A stretch of DNA of 64,000 bases from a virus. The translations under genes were made by a program, and so were the position numbers. Below, in pieces: positions 37,661-47,286 of this stretch. The notes below the pieces were generated by a model. That model saw only the letters and a list, made by a program, of their open reading frames with translations. It made no database searches and was not told the origin of the DNA. The stretch covers positions 9,131 to 73,130 of the IMG/VR virus record IMGVR_UViG_3300025732_000035; one strand, given 5' to 3'. Each line of letters opens with the position of its first letter. The first letter of the stretch is position 1.

Positions 37661-38880
37661 ACAATCTTGGCAGGAGTACCAAAGCCCTTAAATTCGGGCT
37701 CTGCAGGCTTAGCAGCAAGAGTTTCATTCACTGCATCTTTAAGCTGCTGCTGAATATATGGCCATGTAAAGGGCTCTTCATGGAGACGTTTGTAGCACCA
37801 TTGTCCATGCTGCTTCAGAATGTCGCGGTTCTCGTAATAGTAAGTGAGAATATTTGCAGCGCACTCAGGATCTGGAAGCAAACGCTCCAAGCCGTAGTTC
37901 CTATCAGTTTCACTGGCATTGCATTCAATGCGAGGTATCTCATCGAAGATTTCAGCCAGGCTTGTATGGTCAGGAACTACTTGCGCCACGCCAGTGGCGC
38001 CATGTTCCGAGTTGACTAAGCCCCATCCTTCGCCAATGCAAGTGTTAATGCCAATATCGGCAGCGTTATACACTTGATTCAACTGTTCAATGGGAAGACA
38101 GTTGTCTACTGAATAATGTGGGCTTGTCAAGATGAGCTTGCTTGTTGGATCAAAGCCTTCATCACGCGCCACACGCTTAAACAGCGGAACCAATTCCCAC
38201 CCCAAATCTTTGCTGCCCATATTCAGCCATAGACGAGCGTCGTCCTTGTCTTTGGCAAACTTAATGAACGCTTTAATTGTCAAATCAATGCGCTTACGCG
38301 GTTGGTTCCTGTTGCCATTGAATACAACAAATACATCATCTGGCACACCAAGTTTCTTACGGCATTCTTCCTTGTCCATAGGGAAGAATTTTGTAAAGTC
38401 TGTGCCATGGCCAATAATACGCACGGGCTTTGTGTAGCCCATCAGTTCAAGCTCTTTCTTGGCAAATTCCGTATAAGTGGCAAGCCCATCCCATTCCATC
38501 ATGGGCTTGGCTAAGTCTGGGAACAAGCCATAAGAATCAATGGGAGTGTAGACAAACCATTTGAAGCCAAACTGCTCCTTTAATGGCTTTGCCTTTTCCC
38601 ATAGTTGCAAAGCAATCCAAATGTCATTGGTCACCCATACAAGGTCTGGCTTAAATGCTTGAATGACGCTTGTAATGCGATGGGAGCCAAATGGATCATT
38701 GCCATGCAACATGGCAGGATACACCGTATAGTTCTTCGCTTCTGGATGGGGGTCGCCGTGGAAGTTTACGGCCAACACAGCCACTTCATGCTCTTCTGCT
38801 AATGCAGGAAGCAAATATTGCGCCACTCGTCCGAAGCCTGTCTCTACAAACGCATCGCCACAATAAAGAATGCGGGCCAT
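37657..38880 (-). CDS. GT4 (GT-B) glycosyltransferase
   Basis: TGFGRV, NRNQPRKRID, YNAAD, GEGWGLVNSE. Confidence 0.9.
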   Translation of the reverse strand: MARILYCGDAFVETGFGRVAQYLLPALAEEHEVAVLAVNFHGDPHPEAKNYTVYPAMLHGNDPFGSHRITSVIQAFKPDLVWVTNDIWIALQLWEKAKPLKEQFGFKWFVYTPIDSYGLFPDLAKPMMEWDGLATYTEFAKKELELMGYTKPVRIIGHGTDFTKFFPMDKEECRKKLGVPDDVFVVFNGNRNQPRKRIDLTIKAFIKFAKDKDDARLWLNMGSKDLGWELVPLFKRVARDEGFDPTSKLILTSPHYSVDNCLPIEQLNQVYNAADIGINTCIGEGWGLVNSEHGATGVAQVVPDHTSLAEIFDEIPRIECNASETDRNYGLERLLPDPECAANILTYYYENRDILKQHGQWCYKRLHEEPFTWPYIQQQLKDAVNETLAAKPAEPEFKGFGTPAKIV

Positions 38881-38940
38881 AGTTTCCCCTGAATCTTCGT
38901 CATCTTAAGGGGCTTTTATACTGATGGCAAAAGGAGGCTA

Positions 38941-39636
38941 ATGACATTACCATCTGGTTCAATACGCTTTTGCATTAGCACTTGCAAGAAGTTTGCCCCG
39001 CATACGATTCCTGTCATCATCCCTAGCTTGTTTGCTGCTGGCATCAAGCAAGAAGAAATTTTGATTGTTAATGGCGGCCAAACTGTTCGCGCCAATACAA
39101 GCTACAAGGGCGTGCCAATGCTGCTGACGCAGCAGAATTCTTTTGAATACACGCCACTCATTGAAATTGTGGAGCATTTAATGGAAAGCGAGTATTGGTT
39201 TCTCCTTCATGACACATGCATTGCAGGCCCTCTCTTCAAGGCGTTGGCTTATAAGCCTCCCGTGGAGGCCCCGGAGAAAGTGGCAATGAAGCAAACGCCT
39301 TCAATGAGCATCGGGCTTTATCGCCACGACTACCTCATGACCCACAAGGAGCGCTTGATGGCCATCAAAAACTTGGACAGCTCTCCTGAAGCATTGCAGA
39401 AATGGAAGCAGTGGGGCGTACCAAACGAGGACTACATGCTTTGGAAGCTCCAAGACGTACCTTGCCACATTTATCATCCAGATAAGCACGGCCCTGACGA
39501 ATGGAATTGTCAGGGGCACGCAGACCCATATGGAACTGGCATGCAGCGCCGCATTGAATACTTTCCGCAATTGCACCTTGCTAAAGCCAAAAGCAATTGG
39601 CAAGGCGTTCAACCCCACCTTTGCATTGACATCTGA
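38941..39636 (+). CDS. GT-A-like putative glycosyltransferase
   Basis: ILIVNGG, NSFEY, WFLLHDTC, NEDY. Confidence 0.55.
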   Translation: MTLPSGSIRFCISTCKKFAPHTIPVIIPSLFAAGIKQEEILIVNGGQTVRANTSYKGVPMLLTQQNSFEYTPLIEIVEHLMESEYWFLLHDTCIAGPLFKALAYKPPVEAPEKVAMKQTPSMSIGLYRHDYLMTHKERLMAIKNLDSSPEALQKWKQWGVPNEDYMLWKLQDVPCHIYHPDKHGPDEWNCQGHADPYGTGMQRRIEYFPQLHLAKAKSNWQGVQPHLCIDI

Positions 39637-40589
39637 TGAAGCGCTTGGCAATTATCGGCGGAGGCTGGGTGGGATGTCATTTAGCAATGGCGCTCCGTAA
39701 TGAAATGGAAGTGACGCTGTACGAAAAGAATCATACGCTCATTTCAGAAACTTCTTTTATTAATCAAAATCGCTTGCACTATGGCTATCACTATGCCAGA
39801 AATGCCGCAACTCGCCGCTTGTGCGCTACTACTTTCGTGCGCTTCATGGAGGATTATGGCGATCTCGTTCATGATGTAGAAAATAATTACTACGCAGTGT
39901 CGGAAGATGAAAGCCTTCTTGATGCTGAAACCATTTCAATTATTTTTGGAAATGGTCCGCACGCTCAACTAGATCCACAGGTATTTAATCACACATCGCT
40001 TTTGTTAACTACGCCTGAAAAGCGTATTAATGCCATTGGAGCAAGCCTGTATTTTCAATGGTGCCTAGATCCGTTGGTGAAAAAGGAAAAGATTCAACAA
40101 TCTAATCTGCAAGCACTAAAGCAAGATTATGATTTTGTTTTTGATTGCACCAATAATACTCTCTTGGAGCCATTGCCCTCTCATTTTTTTGAAGCAGTGG
40201 CAATGTTTATCTATCGCCCCAAAAAAGATCTTCCGTTCGGCGCTCTCACTTATATTGATGGAGAACTATTTTCTGTCTATCCATATAACGATAAATGCTT
40301 CTCATTAAGTCATGTGAAGCATGGTATCATGAAAAACAACTCGCTCGACAATGCGGACAATGCAAGGCAGCTAATTGAACAGCATGTGGAGCGTTATTGG
40401 CCAGGTTTTACTGATAGCTTTGACTATTTATTTCCCACTCTTTCAATTAAAGCGAAGACGAAAGACTGCAGCGCTAATCGCACGCCATTGATGCGTCAAG
40501 ATGAAAATCTATTTTCTTTCTTCACGGGCAAAATCCAAGGCATCTATGCCATTGAAGCCATGGCTAGGCAAATTATCGCTCAGCCATAA
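39636..40589 (+). CDS. FAD-dependent oxidoreductase
   Basis: IIGGGWVG, NQNRLHYGYHY, TGKI. Confidence 0.85.
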   Translation: MKRLAIIGGGWVGCHLAMALRNEMEVTLYEKNHTLISETSFINQNRLHYGYHYARNAATRRLCATTFVRFMEDYGDLVHDVENNYYAVSEDESLLDAETISIIFGNGPHAQLDPQVFNHTSLLLTTPEKRINAIGASLYFQWCLDPLVKKEKIQQSNLQALKQDYDFVFDCTNNTLLEPLPSHFFEAVAMFIYRPKKDLPFGALTYIDGELFSVYPYNDKCFSLSHVKHGIMKNNSLDNADNARQLIEQHVERYWPGFTDSFDYLFPTLSIKAKTKDCSANRTPLMRQDENLFSFFTGKIQGIYAIEAMARQIIAQP

Positions 40590-41320
40590 AGCTGCCTAAA
40601 CAGCGGATATTCTCGATGGTGCTGAGAAACATTTACCAGCTCGCGAGTGATTCCACCTTGGTAGCTGCTTGCGACTAAGAGCCGTTTGATTTGCTTGTGT
40701 TCATACTGATTCAAAATGGGACCATTGTCAGTGTCACTGATATGAACGTGCGCAATGAAACGGAAGTAATGTTTAATAATCTTTGTTGGACTATCGCCCT
40801 GCAACCAGGCATTATTTGTATCAAGCATTGTCTTTACATTGCGCAAATTGTAAAAATCAATGTGATTAATAATCTCCTCGACTGTATAAAAATACTTTCC
40901 GCCAAATACTTTGGCGATGGGTTCAATGCAAAGGATGGCATCGTTAGCTTCCAAGATTGAATCCATACGCTTCAAAACTTCCATCAAGCTTGACGGACTC
41001 CCTCGGCGCAAAGCAGGGCTTCCGAGAACAAAGCGCTTAATACCCATCAATGAGCCAAGTTTCGCCACTCGCAGCAAATGCTCTTGCGTGGCAGCGGTGT
41101 CTTCAAAGCTTTGAACGACGCTGTCGTAGAACAGCGCCTGGGCTGAATATGCCCAAAGCCCATAATGCTCCCTGTAGCGCTTTGCAATATCGCTAAAGTC
41201 TTCGTTTCTGGCAAAGATGCGAGATGGCACCAGTTCAATGAAATTAAAAGCTCCAGCATTAGCGCTTAAGATTTCATGCTCTTCTTCGTCTTTCCAGCCA
41301 ATTGCACTAATTCCAAGCAT
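40580..41320 (-). CDS. Sugar phosphate isomerase/epimerase (xylose isomerase-like TIM barrel)
   Basis: ISAIGW, VLGSP..R, CIEP, MLDTNN, HVHIS. Confidence 0.85.
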   Translation of the reverse strand: MLGISAIGWKDEEEHEILSANAGAFNFIELVPSRIFARNEDFSDIAKRYREHYGLWAYSAQALFYDSVVQSFEDTAATQEHLLRVAKLGSLMGIKRFVLGSPALRRGSPSSLMEVLKRMDSILEANDAILCIEPIAKVFGGKYFYTVEEIINHIDFYNLRNVKTMLDTNNAWLQGDSPTKIIKHYFRFIAHVHISDTDNGPILNQYEHKQIKRLLVASSYQGGITRELVNVSQHHREYPLFRQLYG

Positions 41321-42038
41321 TGATAAACTCCTCCATCTTCTTCAGCGATATTTCTTTGCTAGAAAAATACGGCGAATAACTATATTCAATGCGTCGCCCA
41401 CAATCGACAATCTCTCTCGCCCAAGGAAACCATTTCTCAACAATCTCTAAAGTTTCTATGGGTTCTGGAAATAACTGATGCTCTCGCTCCCATCCTTTCC
41501 TGCAAGCTTCAGTATCAGCCCATAAATCATTAAGATCGTACCACTGGTAACAAGAATTGGCGTTGATTTTTTCCACATTATTCTTGGTGAGAAGATCAAA
41601 CAAGACATTTTTCTTAATGCGCCGATGGAATAACGCAGGCAAGCGAATAATGGTAATGGCTGAATCAGGGAAAGTGCTCCTGATTAGCATTTCAAAAATG
41701 TAACGAACAGAGCCATAGTCAATTCCGTGAATTTCAGGAAAGTTCGGTACATATTCGTGCGTTTGACTATAAACATCGATGGTGGAATAAAGAATGACTT
41801 CCTTTGGTCTCAATAGTCTTATTTTTGTCAAAACATGATACATATTGTCGAAATCAGCCATCGGCGCCTGATTTGCTTTCCACTTTTCCGCTGGCAAACA
41901 AGCCAAATAAAGCTTGTCAATGTCCTCCTTCAACAATGGAGCAAGATGAATGTTTTCAGAATTAAAGCGGCAATCAAAATCATGATGCTCGCGCAAAACA
42001 CTGCCAATCAGGCCAGTGCTTCCAATTAATACATCCAT
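41307..42038 (-). CDS. NAD-dependent epimerase/dehydratase
   Basis: LIGSTGLIG, PAEKWKAN, STIDVY, IRLPALF. Confidence 0.85.
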   Translation of the reverse strand: MDVLIGSTGLIGSVLREHHDFDCRFNSENIHLAPLLKEDIDKLYLACLPAEKWKANQAPMADFDNMYHVLTKIRLLRPKEVILYSTIDVYSQTHEYVPNFPEIHGIDYGSVRYIFEMLIRSTFPDSAITIIRLPALFHRRIKKNVLFDLLTKNNVEKINANSCYQWYDLNDLWADTEACRKGWEREHQLFPEPIETLEIVEKWFPWAREIVDCGRRIEYSYSPYFSSKEISLKKMEEFINAWN

Positions 42039-42040
42039 GC

Positions 42041-42724
42041 TCAAACCGCCACTACGGGCGCTTGTTGACGCATGTATTGTACGCGGCATTTGCAGTTACT
42101 CATGCAAGCACAACGTTGTCCTGGCATCGGCAAGCTACCAATAGGGACAACGCCTCTAGCTGCAAAGTCCACACAATCGCTGCAATGCTTCGCTTGCGGG
42201 TCCAAAATGCGTCGCATCAAACTATAGCCTTGTCGTTCTTGGCGAATTGCGGAACCTTCCCAGTAAGAACCTCGCACAGATTGAGAATACATGCTGATAC
42301 GAGCAAGAGCCATGGGAGTAGAAACGCTCCCAGCCAGAAGATCGCGAGCAAAACCCTCCAAGTAACGGTATTCCGCACGAAGGCGCTGACCGATGCGACC
42401 CCAGTCTGAAGCTTGCATCGTATCCCGTCCACCATTGCCAATGATCGCTGCTTGTACATGCGCAAGCTTAAGCGCTTCCCTTACGCTTTGCTGCCACTGA
42501 TCCAGCGTAATATCGCCGCTGCTAAGCATGTTTGTAAAACGATGTAACAAAGTGCCAAGCTTGTTAATTCGACCATCAACCAAAGCCTCCACGGCAGACT
42601 GACTGAGGAACCTTCCATTGCTTCCGCGATAACGGCCAGCAACGGGATCGTAACGCCATGAGGATTGGTCAAGACGCTGTTCAAAAACGGCAGCGAACGT
42701 TGATAAATCATTCAGGCTTTGCAT
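42041..42724 (-). CDS. Head morphogenesis (SPP1 gp7/Mu F-like) protein
   Basis: Follows the portal gene; C-terminal HCSDC...CMSNCKC. Confidence 0.7.
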   Translation of the reverse strand: MQSLNDLSTFAAVFEQRLDQSSWRYDPVAGRYRGSNGRFLSQSAVEALVDGRINKLGTLLHRFTNMLSSGDITLDQWQQSVREALKLAHVQAAIIGNGGRDTMQASDWGRIGQRLRAEYRYLEGFARDLLAGSVSTPMALARISMYSQSVRGSYWEGSAIRQERQGYSLMRRILDPQAKHCSDCVDFAARGVVPIGSLPMPGQRCACMSNCKCRVQYMRQQAPVVAV

Positions 42725-44582
42725 CTTCAGCCTCCAGAATATCCTTAAAACGCTCAGGCGCTTCCTTCTTCCATTGATTCAATGCAGCGTCAATGTCTTC
42801 GGGACTGATCAATGCGGCCTCATCCAAGTCAGACAGAATGAGCCCTTCTACTTTCATAGGCTCCATTGCGTCTTTCTTAAAATATTCTGCTTGTTCTTTC
42901 TTGCCGCTAAAAGCGCCTTCCATGGAGCCATGCTTACGCTTGTATAAAGCTTTGTATTTTTGCGTGACGTAAGCTCCTGCAACTGCACTCGGCCACACTT
43001 TGAACTTTGTTTTTGCTGCTGCAATGGCTTGTTTATGCAGCTCCTTGTCTTTAAAAATGGCATCTTCTTTTTCTTCGCCACGCTTGTGCTCAAGGTCGCC
43101 AGGAAGATAAAGGCCAGCACTATCCTCCACTTCACGACTACCGTCCATGGGAAGCGTGCCATTCTCCTCGTTCATTGGATCACGGCCACCAGGAGGCACT
43201 GCCATTTTTCCGTCACCCCCTTTCTGAGTGGAACCACCCCCAGCTTGAGTGGGTAATTCTCGGATGACACTGGGATCGAGCGTAAGCTCCATGCTCCATT
43301 CAGAGCCGCCATAACGGGCATCTGCCACTTCCTTCGGACTCAGTACACCCAGTTGGATGTAACGGCCGTCTACAGCCGCCACACGCGCCCGCACATCTGC
43401 CATTTCGCGCTCATTAAGTTCAAACAATGGATTGAACGAAATGCGCCATGATTCAGGCAGTTCCCCTTTTGTTGGTCCCTCCTTGCTAAGCATGATCAGC
43501 TCCATCAGTTTTTTGATGGGCCGTTTGAAATGGACGCTTTGATAATCGGAAAGTGTCTTAGCGAAATCACGCTCTTCACTCCGACCAGTGGAGCCAAGAC
43601 CGCTTGGACTTTCGCCAAACAACACAGTATGAGGAATCTTGCTAGCACCAATAATGTCTACGCGCAACTTCTCTAAGATTTCTCCAATGCCGCCAAAATT
43701 ACGACTAATAAATTCAAGCTCCTCTTTCTCTGCATCAATTGCGTAGCCGCGATAGATGCTCTTGCTCATATCGTTCACTTGCAAGCGATCACGAATGGAG
43801 CTTTCCTTGCCAGCAGCCAACATTGCTGCTAAGCCCCTCACTTTATGAACAAAAATGTCAAACTCAGTGAGGAGCGTTGCTGCTGAATTCAAGCCCGTCC
43901 AATAATGACGGAAGCTGTCATAAACAGTTTGCAAGCTGCTCATGCCCCATCCATAGTTCCTTTGCCTAATGCGATAGGGCAGCCAATCGCCATCAAAACG
44001 CAAGATCCTATCTTTATGAATATAAGTAAGCTGCGGCTGGTTAATTAAATCTCCAGAGATGATCTGATAATAAGTGGCTTTTGAATAGTCGTATAAGTTT
44101 TCCTCATTAATAACGGGCGCAATTTGCCATCGGTCCAAGCACTCAATGTCTTCAATCCGACGAATATTGCGTTTATCGACAGGCATATAAGCGGGACGCC
44201 CATCGTCAATAAAAAGAAGTAAACAAGCACCCCCGTAAAGGCGGGCGTTTTTCGCTGCGAGATTGAGATGTTCGAGGATGTATAGGTCTTCAATAATTTG
44301 CTCAATCCCTTGCACTTCCTCGGCTCTAACGCCATCTCCGCCAAACAATACTTTGAAGCCTTTCCGCGTGGCTTGATCAGCATAAATATCAACAATGCGA
44401 CGAGGAAGCCATTCACCATAAAGATTTTCTAGTTCTTCTTGCGCTAGGAATACTGTGGCTGTAGTTTTGGTATATTGCGCCTTGTCACGACCAGTGCCCA
44501 TGCCGATGAGCACGTTCTGAAGGCCATCTGCCCTCACGCCACCGCTACCGGCATGACCGAGATCAACTGCTTCGCTTTCCAT
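42708..44582 (-). CDS. Portal protein (DUF1073 type) with C-terminal extension
   Basis: RRIVDIYA, ARLYGG, IHKDRILRF, IPHTVLFGESPSGL, FNPL. Confidence 0.9.
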   Translation of the reverse strand: MESEAVDLGHAGSGGVRADGLQNVLIGMGTGRDKAQYTKTTATVFLAQEELENLYGEWLPRRIVDIYADQATRKGFKVLFGGDGVRAEEVQGIEQIIEDLYILEHLNLAAKNARLYGGACLLLFIDDGRPAYMPVDKRNIRRIEDIECLDRWQIAPVINEENLYDYSKATYYQIISGDLINQPQLTYIHKDRILRFDGDWLPYRIRQRNYGWGMSSLQTVYDSFRHYWTGLNSAATLLTEFDIFVHKVRGLAAMLAAGKESSIRDRLQVNDMSKSIYRGYAIDAEKEELEFISRNFGGIGEILEKLRVDIIGASKIPHTVLFGESPSGLGSTGRSEERDFAKTLSDYQSVHFKRPIKKLMELIMLSKEGPTKGELPESWRISFNPLFELNEREMADVRARVAAVDGRYIQLGVLSPKEVADARYGGSEWSMELTLDPSVIRELPTQAGGGSTQKGGDGKMAVPPGGRDPMNEENGTLPMDGSREVEDSAGLYLPGDLEHKRGEEKEDAIFKDKELHKQAIAAAKTKFKVWPSAVAGAYVTQKYKALYKRKHGSMEGAFSGKKEQAEYFKKDAMEPMKVEGLILSDLDEAALISPEDIDAALNQWKKEAPERFKDILEAEDAKPE

Positions 44583-44648
44583 AAGCTTTATTTATGGCCA
44601 TGATGTGTTGCTTTTATTCTAGAACCCGGCTACATTGTCACGTAGCTT

Positions 44649-45164
44649 ATGCACACTATGGCCAGCTTTGGTATTGTTTTCCATTTCAGCGAGGAAGACA
44701 AAAAGCTCGTGCGGACAGAAGCCATGCGCAGGCAGCGTTTCAATGAAAGAAAAGGCCTAAAGGGACGCAATGGAGGCCCGAAAGAAGGAGAGAAAGCTCT
44801 TTTCGCTCACAAGCTTGGTGCCGCTGGCGAACTAGCAGTGGCAGATTATCTCCATCTACGGGAGTTTCTCTATCAAGAAACAGAAGCAATTCGCGGATCC
44901 TTTGATCTCCCTCCCAACATCGACGTGAAAACACGCTCTCGTCATAACTATGATCTCATCTGCCAACTAGACGAGAAGCCCGGAAAAACTTTAGTGCTGG
45001 TTACAATTCAAAACAAAATCACTCTTCTCCATGGCTGGATAAGGAGTGAGGATGCCATGAAAGAACAATGGAAGAAAGATCCTGCTCATGGAAGACCTGC
45101 TTATTTCGTTCCACAATCTGCATTGCTTCCTCTTATAGACTTGCGCCATGCTGAAATGTTCTGA
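44649..45164 (+). CDS. PD-(D/E)XK-like protein upstream of the terminase
   Basis: GAAGELAVADYL..FDL...IDVKT. Confidence 0.6.
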   Translation: MHTMASFGIVFHFSEEDKKLVRTEAMRRQRFNERKGLKGRNGGPKEGEKALFAHKLGAAGELAVADYLHLREFLYQETEAIRGSFDLPPNIDVKTRSRHNYDLICQLDEKPGKTLVLVTIQNKITLLHGWIRSEDAMKEQWKKDPAHGRPAYFVPQSALLPLIDLRHAEMF

Positions 45165-46515
45165 CTTTTCAAGACACGCCCTTAAGCTCGATCTCTATCC
45201 GAGGCAAGCGCAAATTCTTGACAATTTCTTCCAGCCAGATAAAAGCCATGCAGTGTGGGCACTTGGACGGCGATCAGGCAAAACTGTCATGGCTGCAGTG
45301 GCTTGCGTCTATATGTGCTTCGTCCTGGAAGATGAATATCGCAGACGCGTGAGAAAAGGCGAAAAATGGTACATCGTGACCGTAGCAAACAGTCAGGATC
45401 AGGCCCGCATTGCTCTTAATAACATTCGCCAGCTAATTCTCGATAGCCCCTTCGCTCAAGAAATTGTCAGAGAAACTGCCGACATTATTGAATTAAGCAA
45501 TAATTGCGTCTTTAAGGCCATCCCCACTTCAGGTCGTGCCGCTCGTGGTCTTGCTTGCGCAGGCGCAGTATTTGACGAGCTTGCCTTTGCCACTGAAGGC
45601 GATGCAAATAGTGGAGGCCGTGGTATTTACGACGCACTTTCTCCTGCCATTGCTCAGTTCGGAGGAAAAGGACGCATCCTTGAACTCTCCTCACCATGGC
45701 TAACAGACGGCATCTTCTATCAGCATTTCAAAGAAGCAAGCTCTGGCCGCTTCCCTTTTATGCAAGCAGTGAATCTCCCAACATGGGAGATGAACCCAAG
45801 TATTTCGCAAGAGTTTCTTGACACAGAGCGCCAGCGTGATCCAGAAAAATTTAAAGTTGAGTATGGGGCGCAATTCGCGAGCAATCTTTCGGCCCTTGTT
45901 GCAAGCGATGTTATTGATGCCTGTATTGATGACCGCCGAGCGGCTCTACCACCACGCCCTGAATTCCAAGGAGCTTATGTACTTGCCCTTGACCCCGCCC
46001 GTGGTGGCGTTGGCCGTGACGACTACACTGCTTGTATTGTTCACTATGAAAACGGCACGTTAGTCGTTGATAAATTCCATTCGTTCGTTGCTGATTTTGA
46101 AATCAATGGAAGAATGGAAGTGAATATCAATGCAGTGGAAGATTGGATTAAGGAACAGCATCGTCTATATGTGTTTGACACTATTGTGATGGACCAGTTC
46201 AATAGTGCTGGCACCATTCAAAGCTTGGCGAGTGATTTGCCCATCACTGAACTTACTTGGACAGTCAGCTCCAAGATGAAAGCATTTAGCAAGATGCGAG
46301 AGCTATTTAATTCAGGACAGATCAATATTTATCGTCATGAGAAGGCGATTATGCAACTTAAGAATCTTACTGTCATCTATAAACCCAGCGGACAATGGAG
46401 CGTCACTGGTGGTAAAGCTTCTGGAATTGACGACTTAGCGTTTGCAATGGCAGGGGCAATTCTTGCTGCTAGTAAAGATGATGATATTGGTTGGATTGAA
46501 AGCCTGATTTCCTAA
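45148..46515 (+). CDS. terL: Terminase large subunit
   Basis: Walker A GRRSGKT, Walker B AVFDE, nuclease ALDPA and DDLAFA. Confidence 0.93.
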   Translation: MLKCSDFSRHALKLDLYPRQAQILDNFFQPDKSHAVWALGRRSGKTVMAAVACVYMCFVLEDEYRRRVRKGEKWYIVTVANSQDQARIALNNIRQLILDSPFAQEIVRETADIIELSNNCVFKAIPTSGRAARGLACAGAVFDELAFATEGDANSGGRGIYDALSPAIAQFGGKGRILELSSPWLTDGIFYQHFKEASSGRFPFMQAVNLPTWEMNPSISQEFLDTERQRDPEKFKVEYGAQFASNLSALVASDVIDACIDDRRAALPPRPEFQGAYVLALDPARGGVGRDDYTACIVHYENGTLVVDKFHSFVADFEINGRMEVNINAVEDWIKEQHRLYVFDTIVMDQFNSAGTIQSLASDLPITELTWTVSSKMKAFSKMRELFNSGQINIYRHEKAIMQLKNLTVIYKPSGQWSVTGGKASGIDDLAFAMAGAILAASKDDDIGWIESLIS

Positions 46516-46560
46516 AAGCATTGGCTTAGTATGATTTTCAAACAATAGTTCTCCTATGGA

Positions 46561-46806
46561 ATGAAGAACAGCGATTTAACTATGCAGGAGGTAAAGTTTC
46601 TTATCTCCTTGCTTGAATGCGGAAGCTCCAATAGGCAAACTGCCTTACAGCTTCTTGCAGCCGAACATCTCTACATTCCCACTCTCCTTCCTAAGCTCCA
46701 AGCCCATGCCAAGCGCCTGAAGCAAATTGAAGCTCTTGAACAGGCTTACGACGCAGACGAAGGTTTCTTTCCTGAAAACGCTTCCTTAAAAGAATATGAC
46801 GTTTGA
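46561..46806 (+). CDS. Hypothetical protein
   Basis: ATG ORF after terL. Confidence 0.5.
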   Translation: MKNSDLTMQEVKFLISLLECGSSNRQTALQLLAAEHLYIPTLLPKLQAHAKRLKQIEALEQAYDADEGFFPENASLKEYDV

Positions 46807-46991
46807 CGGCGAATAACCGTGCTATGCTTTTGGAGCTTTCGCGAAGCACGCTGGCCAGCGTTAGTTCAACAAGGAACAATGGTTTCAGGAGCCATTGTTT
46901 CCTTCTAGGGGAAAGAGGGAAACGGGCCAACCCGTTTTGAAATGTCGTACAAGGCGGATTGAAGCCCCGCTCGGCGCCCTCAACTTCACTA

Positions 46992-47065
46992 GCCCTCGTA
47001 GCCCAATCGGAAGAGGTATTCGGTTTAAGCCCGAAGGAGTGTCAGTTCAAATCTGACCGAGGGTA
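46992..47065 (+). tRNA. tRNA-Leu(TAA) with a short variable loop
   Basis: Acceptor GCCCTCG/CGAGGGT; anticodon arm TTCGG-TTTAAGC-CCGAA; T arm GTCAG-TTCAAAT-CTGAC; no encoded CCA. Confidence 0.85.
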
Positions 47066-47070
47066 TGAAC

Positions 47071-47092
47071 GGGAGTTTAAGCTCCCTTTTTT
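47071..47092 (+). terminator. Terminator after the tRNA
   Basis: GGGAG-TTTAAG-CTCCC-TTTTTT. Confidence 0.75.
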
Positions 47093-47286
47093 ATTGTTTG
47101 AACGCAACCAGAAGGTTGCTTTTCCCAATGCCTCGCAGCATTTGCAATGATGGCAACGTTAGTAATTAAATACGATGCAAAGATAAGGGTGCGAATGAAT
47201 GCCACTTTATCTGCTTCATGATCATGCTTGCTCGCTTTTTCTCCTAACGCTTTCGCCCAAATTCTCCATGCGTTCTTCCTGCTCAT
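47077..47286 (-). CDS. Small membrane protein
   Basis: WRIWAKALGEKA..ADKVAFIRT followed by a transmembrane segment. Confidence 0.65.
   Translation of the reverse strand: MSRKNAWRIWAKALGEKASKHDHEADKVAFIRTLIFASYLITNVAIIANAARHWEKQPSGCVQTIKKGA

Noticed and set aside
42708-44582. Anti-CBASS Acb1 domain on the DUF1073 portal
   Set aside because: No paired HxT/S 2H-phosphoesterase motifs are seen in the extension.
6531-44582. Many plus-strand ORFs antisense to structural genes
   Set aside because: Shadow frames of strongly coding minus-strand genes. Exceptions with real signals (10462, 35003, 38941, 39636) were kept.
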